Below are positions 40,001-54,700 of a DNA stretch of 64,000 bases, piece by piece. This stretch comes from Callorhinchus milii (Eukaryota). The notes under the pieces were generated by a model. That model did not search any database. It was not told the origin of the DNA and saw only the letters and a list, made by a program, of their open reading frames with translations. The stretch is taken from positions 6,262,001-6,326,000 of the forward strand of contig NW_024704762.1 in the NCBI RefSeq assembly GCF_018977255.1, read 5' to 3'. The translations under genes were made by a program, and so were the position numbers. Numbering within the stretch: the first letter of the stretch is position 1; each line of letters begins with the position of its first letter.

Positions 40001-43000
40001 CCAGGCACAAAAAAGTAGGTCACGACCTGTATTGTGAAACTTGTACACCAGTAAGAGTTGTGTGCCTCTGATGTTAACTACACAAATATATTCTGTCATA
40101 GCACTTGGCAGTAGAATTACTATTCAGAACCATAATTATGGTTTCCTTTGGTTGTAGAGTCCAATTGGTAAAAATTAGAATGCCCTGTGTTATTGGTTAT
40201 AATCGCTACCAGGGTTAGCCACAAAGATATGTATTTCTTAGAGAAAGTAGCTTGTGAAACCTACCTATGCTTTGCCGTCTTAAACCATCTTATGCTATTT
40301 TGAACGTGACTTTAGGAAAAATCACAAACCAAATAAAATGCAATGATTCCTTTTATAAAAATGCGGTTAACATCTCAGGTCCAAAGAAATGGATCTTTAA
40401 TTTGATCTTTTCTAAGTCTTTTATTTTTGAACTTCATGGTTCTCAAATTGAGGAATATGTGCGTAGAGGAGAACGTTTCTCTTAAAATGCTTTCCATGCA
40501 ATATTAGCAACGGTTATTATTCGACTTGTACGCAGAAAAAAAACTCTGCGTGCAGTTCACCACCACAGTGCTACCAAGCCTCAGAAAAGCTTCCCTATTA
40601 CTCTGCAATAGTGAGTTCTCTTTTCTTGCAACTTGTGGCCTTTCAGGTGTAGAATAACGGACAGTTTTGTACTGTGGTCCACAAGCTCACTAGGAAGTGG
40701 GTTGATTCTGCTAAAAACTGACTTCACATCACATCTTTACAGCCAGAAAATATTGCGAACACTTTAATTCTGTTAGCCTTCACCAAGGTTCATACATTTA
40801 GATTTCAGAAGTTAAAAAGTTTAGTGTTGCAACAAATTATCACCTATACTTCATTATTTTCATCATTCTGTGCTTTTTAAAGGCTGTTAATGTTATCTTA
40901 AGCAATATAATAATGCAATTTCTATATTTAAACTATTTCACTAAGTAACTTTGTTTGAAAGATTAAGTTTGCAATAAACCATAGAAACTATATTAAAGTT
41001 GCAGAGGGAATTATTTGAAACTAAGAGAGATGTTATTGAAATAATTGTTCTAGGATCATTATTAGGGTTAAAGGCGCTATACAAATGTAAAGTTGTTGTT
41101 GTATTAATTTAACTTATTTCTTGTACAGTCAAAAATTATTGCGATCACCGAGAAAACCCACTCGAAAAATATCAAAGATTCCATTTAAAGTTCTCGACGC
41201 GCCAGAATTGCAGGATGATTTTTACTTGAATCTGGTTGACTGGTCTTCCTTAAATGTATTGAGTGTTGGACTTGGTACCTGTGTATACCTCTGGAGCGCT
41301 TGTACTAGCCAGGTAAGATTCAACAGAAACATCTGCAGTCTATATAAATATTAGGTCTGTTACAATATGCAGCTTAATTGTTTTGGTTTGCCCACAAAAC
41401 ACAATCGCTCCACTTTACAGTATATCCTGTGAATCGCTTTGAGATGTCTTCCTGAAATGTAGCAAATGTAAGGATTATTATTTATTATTGTAAATTGAAG
41501 TTATGAGGTGTAGTGATAGTGTGTTTTTAAGAGAGCCAGTAAACTTTTTTTTTAGAAAATGCAATACACGTGTTTTATTCAAATTGATATTCAATTTTTT
41601 TTCTTTTGTAAGTTGTGTAAATTACCCAAAATGAAAATAGCAGTTTTTACAATAAATATTTATCTCCTAATTAAATATAATTATTTTCATGTATGCCTTG
41701 TTTTCATTTTTTCTGCCTCACAGGTGACTCGACTGTGTGATCTATCTATAGATGGAGATTCTGTTACATCGGTCGGCTGGTCAGAAAGGGTAAATATCAT
41801 TTTTGGCATAAATAAAACTCAGCATAATCATCTGCTTACGATTTTTGTTTTGCAAATCACTTTTTAATGTGGGGAAGTTTGCATTGATCAGGATACAGTT
41901 CCTTTTACTCATCAAACATTTTAAACAATTATGTTCATAATACACTCACGGTAAATTCAACTATGTTAGTATGTCATGCTGTTTTGTGTATTGCTGCATT
42001 ATTCATAACTGACATAAATTGGTAATGATATCAGTGAAAGACAAGACTCATTACTTGAAGTAAGACTAGGTATGTTTACTCCCATTGGAAGATGTTCTGT
42101 TTTGAAGAGTGAAGGTAGCTAGTATCATTTAAATTACTGATGCTTTGGGTTATTTGTTTAACTTGAATCTAGGGAAATTTAGTAGCTGTTGGAACACACA
42201 AAGGGTATGTTCAGATCTGGGATGCAGCTGCAGGGAAGAAACTGTCTACACTCGAGGGTCACTCAGCAAGAGTGGGTAAGTTTCTCATCATCACAAGCTT
42301 AATTTTCCTAGTTCTGGATCGTAGGAAACGTCCTTGGGACATTCTCCTGAGGTGAAAGGCGCTATACAAATATAATTTGTTGTTGTTTGTGTAGATTCTA
42401 GGATTGTAATTCAACCAAGAGCACTCACTGACTATTCCAACTGTATTGTTGAAATGTATTCATCAGAGAAAATTGTAATTAAATGGTGACTATTACAATG
42501 GATGTTGAAACAAAAACAACTCTAATTTCTCATTGTTTATTGGACTTTGCAGTACACTACCCATTTCAGTGTGATATTGGGACAAAAAGAATGCTCAGTG
42601 TCATTCTACAAGCTCCTTAGATGAGACAAATTTATGGGCGTGTTTTGTTTTATTTAAAAAAAACTAAATGCACCATGGGTTATATTGAAAATCAATTTCT
42701 TATGGGTTCAGTAATTGAGAAATACTAATATGTGGTCCATAGGTTTTTCCATTGAAGTTTTGGTAGTTATATTTTCATGCTTTTTCAGAACAGTTAAATA
42801 TGTATAGTTTCAAGAATGCAGGCATTTGACATGGATGGATTATTCCCTTAGGTGCTCTTGCATGGAACGCTGATCAGTTATCGTCAGGAAGTCGAGACCG
42901 ACTTATTCTCCAGCGAGATATCCGAACCCCACCACTACAATCTGAGCGGCGACTTCAAGGTCACAGGCAAGAGGTCTGTGGCTTGAAATGGTCCACAGAC

Positions 43001-45949
43001 CATCAGCTTCTCGCTTCTGGTGGAAATGACAACAAGGTGAGATTCATAGGAAATAAAGAATCCGGGTAAAATTAAGCCAAACACTGACATCAGTTTTGAT
43101 GTTCACATCATCCGAAGTGGGAGACCGGCACTCCATTATTTAGAATCACATGAACATCAGCCGCCTTTGTTGATCTCGTCCTGGTATAATTAAAAATTAG
43201 AACCCATTAAAATGGGTGCGGCAGCTCCATCAGCGCCTCAAAGTCCTGACTGGTAACAACAACTTGTATTTATACAGCGCCCATCATGCAGGGTGGCGTG
43301 AAACTCTGAAAACTCCCTTTTTTTTAATCCCTCGCGCCTTGCCCCTTCCTTCCCCATTTTCGGGCCATGCGAACGGTCACCTCCCCTCCCCCCAGCTCGG
43401 AGTCATGCTCCGCCAATGTCAAGCGAGCTAGGATGCTACTCTGCGTGAGGGGAGCTGTATAAATGCAAGCTGTTGTTGTTGGCGTCCCGGAACACTCACC
43501 CTGGGAAGCCGAAGCAGCTGGCTAACTTGCTCGGACGTGACTTCATGCGACTGCACAGTGAATGGGAATGCACTGACTGGCTGTCACTCAGTTTATAGCA
43601 GTGGTTGGGATTTTATGGACCCCTAAATAACATTATTACTGGGTTCTACTATAATATATATTTAATCGCTGACAGTTTGGGAAATTGGTTTCTTTGAGAG
43701 TTTGTTTTTGTCTTGGGTTGGGTTTTTGTTTGTAAAACTGGTGTTAATTCAAAATGGGCTGTATTTTATTATGAAATTGACTCAAGTGTGATTTTTCTTT
43801 TTTTCCAAGCTTCTGGTGTGGAACAACTCTAGTTCAGGTCCAGTGCAACAGTACACAGAACACCTCGCAGCTGTGAAAGCCATTGCCTGGTCTCCCCATC
43901 AACATGGGCTTCTTGCGTCGGGAGGTGGAACTGCTGACCGCTGCATCCGTTTCTGGAACACTCTCACCTCTCAGCCATTACAGTGTATAGATACAGGTTC
44001 ACAAGTGTGTAACCTTGCCTGGTCCAAACATGCAAACGAGCTGGTGAGTCCAAAGCAGTTTTTCCTTGGTGCATTTATGAGCTGAATTGCACAGCTCTAC
44101 AATCTGACTGTCACCTTGAGGATATAGTTTTTTCCCTGTGTTCGCCTCACTTACCTATCTTTGCTTCACAACCATTTGAAGCAATCTAGAACTCTGCAGG
44201 GGCTTAAATTGCTTGGACCACATTAAACTTTTGTACTACATAGTGGATCTTGGACCTACATTTTTTTGATAGTCATGAAATAGATCATGTTCTTCTCTGC
44301 AGTAATGAAAATAATGTGGCAATAGTTGCATTGTTATCATTACTGGCAGAGCAGCATGTAATAATAGTGGCAGTAGTTGCATTGAAGGCAACATTAATGC
44401 TTACCAACACAAATGATGTCTTAACCATGTTATCTTTGTACTTGTAGGTGAGCACTCATGGATATTCACAAAATCAGATCCTGGTGTGGAAATATCCATC
44501 ACTAACACAAGTAGCCAAATTGACTGGACATTCCTATAGAGTTTTATACTTGGTGAGTACCGCATGCTTTAATTTTCCTTCTGATTTTTCTCTCCTGAAG
44601 ACTGCCTGCTTGAGGTGGTCTATGGTGTTTTGAGCTAAGACGTATAGGTACACCTCTCACCATGAAGTGGCATCAGTCTTGTCCTCCCTGGACATCCACA
44701 TTAGTGTCAATTGGCAGCATGGTAATGGCCCTAGTATAGAAGTTGGGCTGCTCTGCTCAATGAATAGTAGGGCTTGTGCATCTCAAGCAATCAGTTGGTG
44801 ACTGAGAATGGCTGAAGCATAGGTGGGTGGGGTAAATGTCTGGCATTTGCTATCTGCAGGGTAATATGATGATGTAAGATGTGTGGAGAACATCGGCGGG
44901 GAAGGAAACCGATTTTATAATATAATTTTTTTTAATAAAAGTACTACCTTGTTAGTGTATGGTTATAAATTCTCTTGAATCCTCTTTTTGACCCAAAGGC
45001 CATGTCACCAGATGGAGAAGCTATAGTGACTGGAGCTGGCGATGAAACACTTCGATTCTGGAATGTGTTTAGTAAAACCCGTTCAACTAAGGTATGTGGT
45101 GCTCTAGGTAATGAGCTTCACTGTACGAAAAGTTGGGTTTCAACTGAAGAATGAATTTATCCCGTATTTTTAAACAAATGTGATTATACCATATTGCTTC
45201 ACAAGAGTTGCCTGTCTATTTTAATTATCCTAAAACTGGTAGGCTTTTCACTGAGTGCAAATACATGTATAACATGTTTGCACACAGTTGTCCACATTGA
45301 TTCCTGAACCCATCAGATTGTTTTAGAAGACAAGCTGAAGGGAGGTGCTTATTTTTAATATTTCAAGTGAAATCATCGAGTTAATAGTGCAGCAGAAACA
45401 AAAGCAGGTTATGTGATTAACTTCTTGGTTAGCTAAAATGTGATTTTGACTGGAAGAGGAAATTAAGTGGGCGGTAGGGATGTAGAAACTTGTTTTATTC
45501 TCGTTGCTACTAAATTAGATAAAGGCAGTGACGTCAAAATTGTAAAGTTAGGTGCTTCTAAGTTTTCAAATTGCCCAAACCTGTCTGATACTTGCTGACG
45601 GTAACAATATACTGACTTGATAGTTATTGCACAGTCAATTCACTTTATAATATATTCTGTGACGAGCTTTGAGACGTCTTGAAGAGGTGACAAGACACTA
45701 TATGAAATGCAAGGATTATTATTAAATGAAAATTGATATTCCTACCAATTTCATCCGAAATTCCTGCATCAGCTGATGTGCAAATTGTCATATTTTGGAA
45801 GGCACAAGCAGGACATATGCTAATAGTGCAGTAGTAAGAGTGAACAATTAGTTAAAGAGGAATTTTCAGAGTTCAAGAGATGCATTTACTTTTGCATTAA
45901 ATTACAGGAATCCATATCTGTGCTGAATCTCTTCACAAGGATTCGATAA
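37031..45949 (+). CDS. FZR1: Fizzy-related protein 1 (Cdh1, APC/C coactivator), 13 coding exons: 37031-37099, 37906-38031, 38364-38427, 38769-38896, 39711-39793, 41129-41312, 41724-41789, 42173-42275, 42852-43036, 43810-44043, 44448-44552, 44999-45091, 45908-45949; 493 aa
   Basis: N-terminus [14 protein letters not shown]-box [29 protein letters not shown]40 repeats, C-terminal IR tail (LFTRIR*). All introns GT-AG; total 1482 nt in frame. Confidence 0.98.
38983..39202. mobile_element. Inverted-repeat hairpin element, probably derived from Penelope-like terminal repeats, in an FZR1 intron
   Basis: Arms 39009-39082 and 39129-39202; the outer 36 bp are a perfect inverted repeat. The spacer contains CTGATGA...GACCCAAAAC. 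Confidence 0.7.
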
Positions 45950-48900
45950 CATCTGCAAGGAAAATGGAACCTAATTCTTGTGTTAAACGAAGACCGTGCC
46001 ACCAATGCCATAAACGTGCAAGGAACTGTTTCATTTTTTAGCACTGTTATTGCTTAATTTGGATAAATCTGCAAAAGAGAATTTGAAGGCATTTGCTGCT
46101 CATTCCAAACAGCTCACATTTTTGAAAAGTTCATTTTGAATTATGTTTGTTTACAAAGAACTGTTTTGAAGAAAAAAAAACTGCCAAAGGTTTTGAATTA
46201 AGATAAGAGAAGTGTGGATCCAATTTTCTTGTACACTTTATACAACCAGCCAGCTAGACCTTACTGTCAACTAAAATGGAGTGCTGGAGAGGAATCCAAT
46301 GCACAAATTTGTCTTTAATATTGCTTGTAAATATTGAATCTGTTGGTTTTGGGGAAATGTACATTGAATATAAAGTACTGTAGAAATGCAACCAGATAAT
46401 GGATAAAGCAAGCTAACCAGATTACTGACATAAGAAGCAGGCATAATGTTTAAAAAAAACTTGAAACTCTCCTGTGTGCCATTATATAAAATATATATTT
46501 TGCAATTGTATTACAATGGGTTTTCAAAATATTAAGCAGGAAGATTTCTATTTGTTAACACAAGTATTTTGTTACTGAAATGTTGGGCTCTTGGAGGTTG
46601 ACATCATGTTATAGAACACCACAAAGCTTATATTAATTGGAGTTATGATTTGGCTAATGTTCAAATATCCCTAAATGTAACCGCTCAATGAAACATAAAT
46701 CTTTTTTTAAAAAGATTGGAAAGATTAAAAGGTCTTGCTGCTTATAATGTTGAAAAATGTTTTTGTCAAAAAAAGCACTTGATTTTTTTAAAACCTTTTC
46801 ACCTGCCACCATTACCAAATAATGTTACTTTATACATTTCACCTGATGCTGTATTTTATACCACTGTGTCTTTTCATTCAGCTGTAAACCTGCTTTTTGT
46901 GTGGTATGTTCTGTCATGTATGAGTGAATGTGTTTCAAATTTGTGAGTGAACCTTGTGCTTGCAGGCATACTGAGAGCCAAGAAAGTGACATTTCTGCTG
47001 AAAATGTACAGTGGTGTTCTGACTGTTTTGAACGTTCATATCTATGTCTAGTATTGTATGACAAGGCTAGCATTCTGTTATTCAACACAATTCCAAAGTA
47101 GCATAATCACAAATTTATAAAAGGACTGCTATAATTAAAACTGGAAAGACTTCTAACAAATCCTGCTTTGAATTGTTTTTTTGCAGGAATTTTAGTAACT
47201 TTCAATTCGTTGTCCTCTGCTGCAATTGTGTATTGGTGAAATAACAAAACTGCTTGAAATTGAATAGAGCCCAGAGAGAGGAGCCTGTTTTAAATTATTT
47301 ACTCTTGCTTTAACTTACAGCAAGTCAATTGTCATAGGAGATAAAGGGCCAAGTCTGGAACTTGTGTTCACGCTCCCCATCTGTTAAATCAACAACTTTT
47401 GTGAATAGTCAATTTTATTCCCAGCAAACATGACTTCTCATTCTGGTGAGATCTTGCACAAGATGGGGAATGATTGCTGTATACAATTGACTGCTGTATT
47501 TCGCCCACAAAATATACAGTCAGTTCACTTTACAGTTTATTCAACATTGTCTCTAATTGTGAGACATTCTCAAAGAATGTAGGAGCTGACAAATTATAGT
47601 ACTGTCAGTTACCAGAGGGTCTTAGTGGTTTAAACTGACACGCACACATTCTGTTCCAAAGGTGAGGAGAGGGGGAAGAGGAGAATAGTTAAGAGTAACT
47701 GAACTTGGGATTTGCACTCCTTTGTTCCTGGTTCTGCTTTCAACTTCTTGAATAATGAAAGAGTTACATTATCCTTTCGGTTTGTCACCACTCAGATTTT
47801 TAGCAAGGATTCAATCAGCTTGTGTTATTGCCAGGTTTTCCAACTCCTTCCCTCCAACAACGTCTGTGTTCCATGTACAAAGACTTGTTTGTGAAAAATT
47901 TGTCCCATGTTCCGTTAATGAGGCTCGGAGGCCAAATGTCCCTTCTTAAAAGTTCTGAATAGCTTTTGTTTAGCCAGCTGCTGCCCATCGCTTATGGTGT
48001 TCCAAATCCAAACATCCCTGTCGGGCACTCATCAACGAGAGACAAAGTTGGCTTACTTACTCAGGCGTAAATTCAACAATTTCTTTGGAATGATATGCTT
48101 GTTCAGACACATATTTTGAAAAATATTCTAGTTGGGGAAGACATTTAGGAGGCACTATCGAATTTTTTTTGTTAAATATTCAGTGGGTCACCCAAATACC
48201 TCATTGTAGTTCTCCTGGATTGACATGGTTAAAATCAACTGCTTGACATTGTTTTATTAAATTCAAGAAATTTTTTATACTGTCATTATGCTATTTTTTA
48301 AAATAACCGGTAGAGTATTTAAATAACAGGTTACAATAACCTGTGTTCGAGGTTTTACGTTGACCGAGTTGCAAGGAGTAAAGGGGTATGCTACATGAAA
48401 GAATCTTATGAGAAGTACACAAACAACACCAACAACAAAATTACATTTGTACAGCGCCTTTCACGTCAGGAGGACGTCACAAGGCGCTGGACAGTCAGTG
48501 TTTCGGACCCAAGCTGGGGGATCAGATGATGTGCGAAAAAGTCTTTATTTGATGTTTCCCGTGGCTGATCTCAAAAGAAATGATGAGGTAAGAGTACATC
48601 AAGGGGTTGGTCCGTTTACTCAAATGATGTTCTGACTCAAAAGGGAGGTGTTAAATAGCCAGTTGCTTAATCCACAGGAAGGAAGAAGTAAGCATCGGTT
48701 TGAGACACTCGAAACCGCTATAAACGGGGTGTGTTCTAGGGAGAGCTCGCTTGCTCCAGTCCAGACAAAAATTTCCATGCATCTAAGTGACGTGCATCTG
48801 TGGAATCGCTTTCGGGGGGCAATGATCCCTCCAAAAAAAATGTATTCACTCAACCCACAACTGTTTGTGGTGTGGGACACTGCTGTGCGCAATTAGCTGC

Positions 48901-49419
48901 TGAATTTCGCCCACAACATACACAATCAATCCACTTTACAATATATCTTGTGAAGTGCTTTGAGACGTCTCAAACGACGTGATAAGCAACTTGCATCAAG
49001 TGGAATGATTATTATTATTCACCTGATAGTCGTTCATGGGGCGTGGACAATTTGTGCACACAATTGGCCGCGGAGATCGCCCCAAAGCATCGAGAGCCTC
49101 GCCACGCTTCGCAGCGAGACCCTGCAAAGCGCTTGGAGAAGTCCCTCCTGAAATGATAAGGCGCCGCATCAGTGTGAAGGTCCCTCTGTAACTGCACGTT
49201 ACAGTTACAATAATAATAATAATAACAGAAGAAGCATCCTTGCAATTGACATAAACCCCTTTACCACGCCTTCGAGACGTTGTCGTCGTGACAGGATTTT
49301 GATAAGGCGCTATAGCAAATGCCAGGACTGTTATTATCAATAATAATAATAATAATTATTGTGATCCATCATCATCACCATCATGATTGTTGTTGCTCGC
49401 AAATGAAATGTTGGGTGTT

Positions 49420-49639
49420 TGGGGACGGTCCCTAACGCGCCTCTTTTGTGTTTGCCGTTGGGGGACGGTCCCTAATTGGCTCCTCCCCCTCCCCCTCCTC
49501 CTCCTCCCCCCCCGCCCTTCCGGTCCCGGCGCCTGCGCAGTGCCGCTCGCCTGCACCTCAGGCACGAGCCGGTGGGTCGAACGAACGAACGGACGACGGA
49601 CGGACGGACGGCGACGGGAGTCGGCGTCTCGCGGCCGCG
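49420..49639 (+). promoter_or_regulatory. CpG-island promoter and probable non-coding first exon of MOB3A (donor GCG|gtgagt at 49640)
   Basis: CpG-rich with GC box, ETS-type CTTCCGG (about 49517), NRF1-type GCGCCTGCGCA (49529-49539) and a strong donor. The coding exon acceptor is at 55155. Confidence 0.65.
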
Positions 49640-49805
49640 GTGAGTCTCCAGCCCCGGGGAGGAGGGAGGGAGGGAGAGATTTAATTAACGGTCGCGTAAA
49701 CGCGGCCCCCAATCAAAGGAAAAGAAAGGCCGCCGAGAGCGGGGGCTTTGGGGGGTGAGTTTTGGGCGGGAAAGCCGCGGCGCGAGGGAGGGTGAGGCCT
49801 TCCCC

Positions 49806-49950
49806 NNNNNNNNNNNNNNNNNNNNNNNNNNNNNNNNNNNNNNNNNNNNNNNNNNNNNNNNNNNNNNNNNNNNNNNNNNNNNNNNNNNNNNNNNNNNNNN
49901 NNNNNNNNNNNNNNNNNNNNNNNNNNNNNNNNNNNNNNNNNNNNNNNNNN
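49806..49950. other. Assembly gap
   Basis: Run of N. Confidence 1.
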
Positions 49951-50333
49951 CTCTCTCCCTCACTCCCCCTCTCCCTCCCTCTCTCTCTCTCCCTCCCTCC
50001 CCCTCTCCCTCTCTCACTCCCTCATTCCCTCTCCCTCCCTCACTCCCCCTCTCCCTCACTCCCCGTCTCTCTCCCTCATTCCCTCTCCCTCCCTCCCTCC
50101 CTCTCTCCATCCCTCCCTCTCTCTCTCTCCCTCACTCCCTCTCCTTCACTCCCTCCCCCTTTCTCTCTCCCTCACTCCCCCTCTCTCTCCCTCCCTCCCT
50201 CCCTCTCTCCATCACTCCCTCTCTCTCTCTCCCTCACTCCCTCTCCTTCACTCCCTCCCCCTTTCTCTCTCCCTCACTCCCCCTCTCTCTCCCTCACTCC
50301 CTCTCTCTCTCCCTCACTCCCTCTCTCTCTCTC
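49951..50333. repeat. Polypyrimidine (CT-rich) tract next to the assembly gap
   Basis: ctccctcactccct / ctctct units with an internal duplication of about 96 bp. Confidence 0.9.
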
Positions 50334-50619
50334 GCTGCTCAGCATCTTCTTCTCCTTCTTCTCGGTGCCGTTTGTTAAGCGAGTCGATGGCAGATAGAGA
50401 GAGAGTCACTGATGGAGGAGGGAGGAGGGGAAGGAGTGAGTGAGTGAATAGACGACACCCGCCCCTGTGAGCGGTTACTTCTAATATCATCGTAGGAAAG
50501 TTTTTTCTCTCTGTTTTCGGGCAACTTTCGCTGCTTTTTTAAAAATATATATTTTTAAAAAGTAGATATATATATATAAATATATATATGTTTTATATAT
50601 GCGAATATATGTTTGTCAG

Positions 50620-51090
50620 CCCGGCGCAATTGGTCAGCATTCTCGCCTCTTGAGTCAGAAGGTTGTGGGTTCCAAAGCCCCGCCACGTCTGGACTTGGGA
50701 CTCGCGTAGTCTAAGCTGACACTCCAGTGTGGGGGGTGGGGGGGGAGGTTGTGTTGTCGGAGGTGCCGTCCCTCGGATGGGATGTCAAATCCGAGGGTCC
50801 AGTCTGCCTGCTCGGGCGGACGTTAAAAAGCTCCCGCGGCGCTATTCGGAAAGGGGAAGGGAGTTTCTCTCTTTCTCCCGGTGCCCTGGCCGACAGCCCT
50901 CCAAGTAAAGTCGGTCGCGCGCTCCGTGGCCGTCCGTGGGCTGTGTGCGACTCACCGCCGAGTTTCACCCGCGAGTCACACACACACACACTGTCCCTCC
51001 ACTTTGCAGTATATCCGGTGAAGCGCTTTGAGATATCTCAACGGTGTGATGAGGCCCTATATCACATGCAAGGATCATTATTATTATTTA
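50620..51090 (+). mobile_element. Full-length DeuSINE-type SINE (SacSINE1/AmnSINE1-like core)
   Basis: ctcgcctcttgagtcagaaggttgtgggttc head; gctgacactccagtg...tgtcggaggtgccgtc...ggatg...aaaagctcccgcggc...ggagtttctc...ggtgccctggcc core; L2-type tail. Family assignment is from memory of shark DeuSINEs. Confidence 0.75.
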
Positions 51091-51393
51091 ATTTATTTTT
51101 ATCTTCTATTTTGCTTTCTTGCAAGAAACCGGAAGGGGTCTCCTCACCAACTGTGTGGGGACCTTAAACCTGTCTCCTGTCTGCCTGTTAAAGGTGCCCA
51201 TGGTCTTCTCGTCTTTTCATTTTTTTAAAAAAGATAGTTTCTCTTCTTTTTCCTCTCTCTCTCTCCGTGTGATTCACATGACTTACTGTAAAATATAGTG
51301 ATTGTGTATTTTTCAAGCGAACTTTGGGCCGGCATACGTGAGTAAAGCCCTTATCTTTTTGAGCAGCCACATGAGATCTTTAAGCAAGGCTTT

Positions 51394-51718
51394 GTGGAGT
51401 CCTGTGGCTCAGTGGTTAGAGCACTCGCTTTGCAAGTGAGAGACCTGAGTTCATTCCCAGGCAGAGGGCGAAACCTCGGGCAAGTTTCCTTACTCCACAC
51501 AGAGCCTAATAATAATCCCTCCAAAACCAAAAACAATAATAAATTGGTCATTTTCAATCCACGACTGTTTGTGGGACATTGCTGTGCGCAATTGGCTGCC
51601 GCGTTCGCCCACAAATATACAGTCAATTCACTTTACAGTATATTCTGTGAAGCGCTTTGGGACGTCCTCCCGACGTGAAAAGCGCTATATCAAATGCAAG
51701 GATTATTATTTTATTATT
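51394..51718 (+). mobile_element. Full-length tRNA-headed SINE (short subfamily), MOB3A intron 1
   Basis: tRNA head, body, L2-type tail and ATT repeats; near-identical to 58306-58630. Confidence 0.9.
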
Positions 51719-54700
51719 AAGGCAGGTGGGTGCTCGGTTTAAGGTCTCCCCAAGTTTGCGATGAGGATGCTTTAAGTCCTGAAAAAGAATGAATTGGGCT
51801 GGAAGACAGACAGTGATTTCAACGCGCACCTCGGTGTAAGAGAACAATCAAGGAAAGTTGTGAAACGATTGCAGCAGTATTAGCTGGAATAAATTACCCA
51901 CAGGTTACAGGGGAAATTGCGGTGTTAATAGAACATTGTTTTATCACAATGGTTTCTTCTCCTTCTGTGCTACAAGGTTCCCTTTCTCATCCACTGATTT
52001 CAATTGTATTTCTTTAATGGAAGAATCTGCATGGAGACTCTTTTGCATGTCTTACAAGATTGCCACTCCCAGAGTTCTTTGCATTGGAGAGAGTTTCACA
52101 AGTTGACATTATTGTACACCTGGAATGGTTAATTAAGGAATCCCATTTGAATGTATATTGGGAAGCCCCAATTTAAATAATGCTTGCATTTAGTGCATCA
52201 TTTTGGCACGTCAATGTATTTCATACAATGAGTTGCTCTGAGTTGTAGTGACTATTGCAAAGGCAAATGTGGAAACTAATCATTGTGTGAAATTGTTGAC
52301 AATTGGAAGCTAATTGGCAGCATTAATGTCCCACATACCACTTCTTGGTGAATGATCAATGAATCTATTTACTGAATTACTTTAATTGCTTTGCCTCAAA
52401 GATTCCAGCAGATTTTGAGGCATGACCTATATTGAATGCTGCTGTACTTTTTAGGTGAGCATTGAAAGCTTCCTTTATAATACTCTCGAGTATATTTTCC
52501 ACCTCAGGCTAGTTGGTGTTTAATGTCCAGGTTCATGTTTAATTCAATTTTCGAACATATTTGCAAACCATCTGGACCTCATACCGAGACCCAGTATTAT
52601 CGAGTTCCTTAAAATAGTAACCAGAGCCTCCTTTTTTTTGTTTTTGCTCAAAGATTCTATGTCCAAAATTAGATGGAAAAATTCCAGTTACTTTTTTCTC
52701 ATAAATGATGCAAGAAAATATCTAGAAATTGTCTTCAGTTAGAATATCCCAAGGAATTCCCCTGGCAGCAAGCTACCAAATTGATTACTCATAATTATAT
52801 GCAAAAATTGTTGCTGTATATAAAGAACGACGAAAGCAAAAGCAAAATACTGTTCGGACACAGTTGTTTGGAGTATCAACTGATTTAACGCATTTGTGTA
52901 CTTTTTAAGTTGGTTCCAATTTTTTTTAAACAAAACTAAAGGGTCATGGCTATGAGGAAGAATCTTTCAAATTAAAAGACACTGCTTATAGGAAGTGTTC
53001 CAAGGTTGAGGGTTTTCTAAGTAAAAAGGTAAGTGAATGCCCTACAGTATTTCCAACTTGGGAGGATCTGTATCTCCTAAACTGCTATGAAGAAATATTT
53101 TTGTTTTTGGATGATAGAAAGCCTGGATGGTACAGTAAAAATGATACGGCAGTTCATAACACAGGTGTGAAATCAGAAGTGGTGAGAGTAGAACTGATCA
53201 GCTCTCTGGGAGCTGGTTAAAGCTGTTAACCAGTTTTGTTTGTTTGTAAGGTATGTTGCACTTCTAATACTTGTTATGAAAACAATGGCTGGTTATTTTT
53301 TAAAAGCTCCTTATGGGAATTCAAAGGAAACAATTGTAGTAAACAGATGTGTAATTGTGTTATTGCTGCTGAATATTGAAGCGTCTGAGGCATTAACCTG
53401 CATGAGGGACGCTATATAAATGCAAGTTCTTGGTGGTGGTGTTAATGCTGCTGCTACTCCAGAACAGTTCAAAATTACTGCACATTGGAGTCCAATATCA
53501 AGTGTGAAAGGTAAATTTTAGTTTGTTTTTTCATTGCTCTGCCCCCTGGTGACACCAGTTTCACTGACCTAAAGAAAAAAACCTTTTGAAGGGGTCACTC
53601 TGTAATTCTAGTAGATGTTCATAAGCCATCTATCAATTTACTGATGGTAGTGACTGAGAATCATAAATATGCTAAAAATTGAATAGTTCTGGCAGCAACC
53701 ATAGACGTGTAGAATCTACCTACTTGTGTTAACATGATTACTTTGTAAAGACATGTCTTTACAGAATGATGTTTGAAGAGGTACACAAAACACGCAGCTC
53801 AAACAGCAAAGGAGTTCAAGTCTAACGTATATCTCTTAAAAAGACCAGGATCATGAAGCTTTTAATCTTCCTTTGTTTTTCTTTTAAATTAAAAGGTTGT
53901 TCGCTTGCATGCAGTTTGATCATTGAACACAACAAAATTACATTTGTAGAACCCCTTTCACGTCAGGAGGACGTCCCAAGGCGCTGATTTAGTATTAAAG
54001 GACCACATCATACGGAGTGTGGCTGGAATTGGGAGTGAATGAGAATTTGTAGGCAGTATGGAAGGTAACATCAGAATAACTGCAACTTGTGTGACTTGTT
54101 TAGGTGAATCAATTGGCTGGAAGCTGTTAGGAAAGTGAACATCAGAAGAGGTTTTCACGACTAGCAACGTGACTCATGAAGTGTTTAATAATCTATGTCC
54201 TGTGCCACTCCAGATTTGAGTAGCTTTGGTCTATTTTATTGGGGCTATTTAACAACTTGAATTTTAGTTTGCTCCATCATTGCATGACTCATGCTTCTCA
54301 CATCATGTGGTTTCCCAGCCTGGGCCAAAATCTTCAAATACAGTTCTGTTGAGTAGATTCCATCGCCCAAGTAAATGCAGATATCTCTACACCCTAATTT
54401 CATATGGTCATTGGTAGAAATTTACAATGATTTAAAAACCGTACAGGCAGTTTTCTTCCTTTTCAATGACTATTTGGGTGTGTGGAATAACAACAACAAC
54501 TTGTACTTATATAGTGCCCTCCTTGCAGGTTAGGGTCTCAGAGTGCTTAGGTTTGAATGCAAGTTAATGTCTAAAGGATACTTAGGGTCACATAAGTTTA
54601 TTCATAAAGAATTGCCGTTTCTGTGAGGTATCATACCCCAGCAAGCCTCGGGCGAGGGAATAACCCAACAGTTCAACTTGGTGACATCATGTTTAAATGT

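Noticed and set aside
49685-50397. ORFs spanning the gap
   Set aside because: Artefacts of the N run and the CT/GA low-complexity tract.
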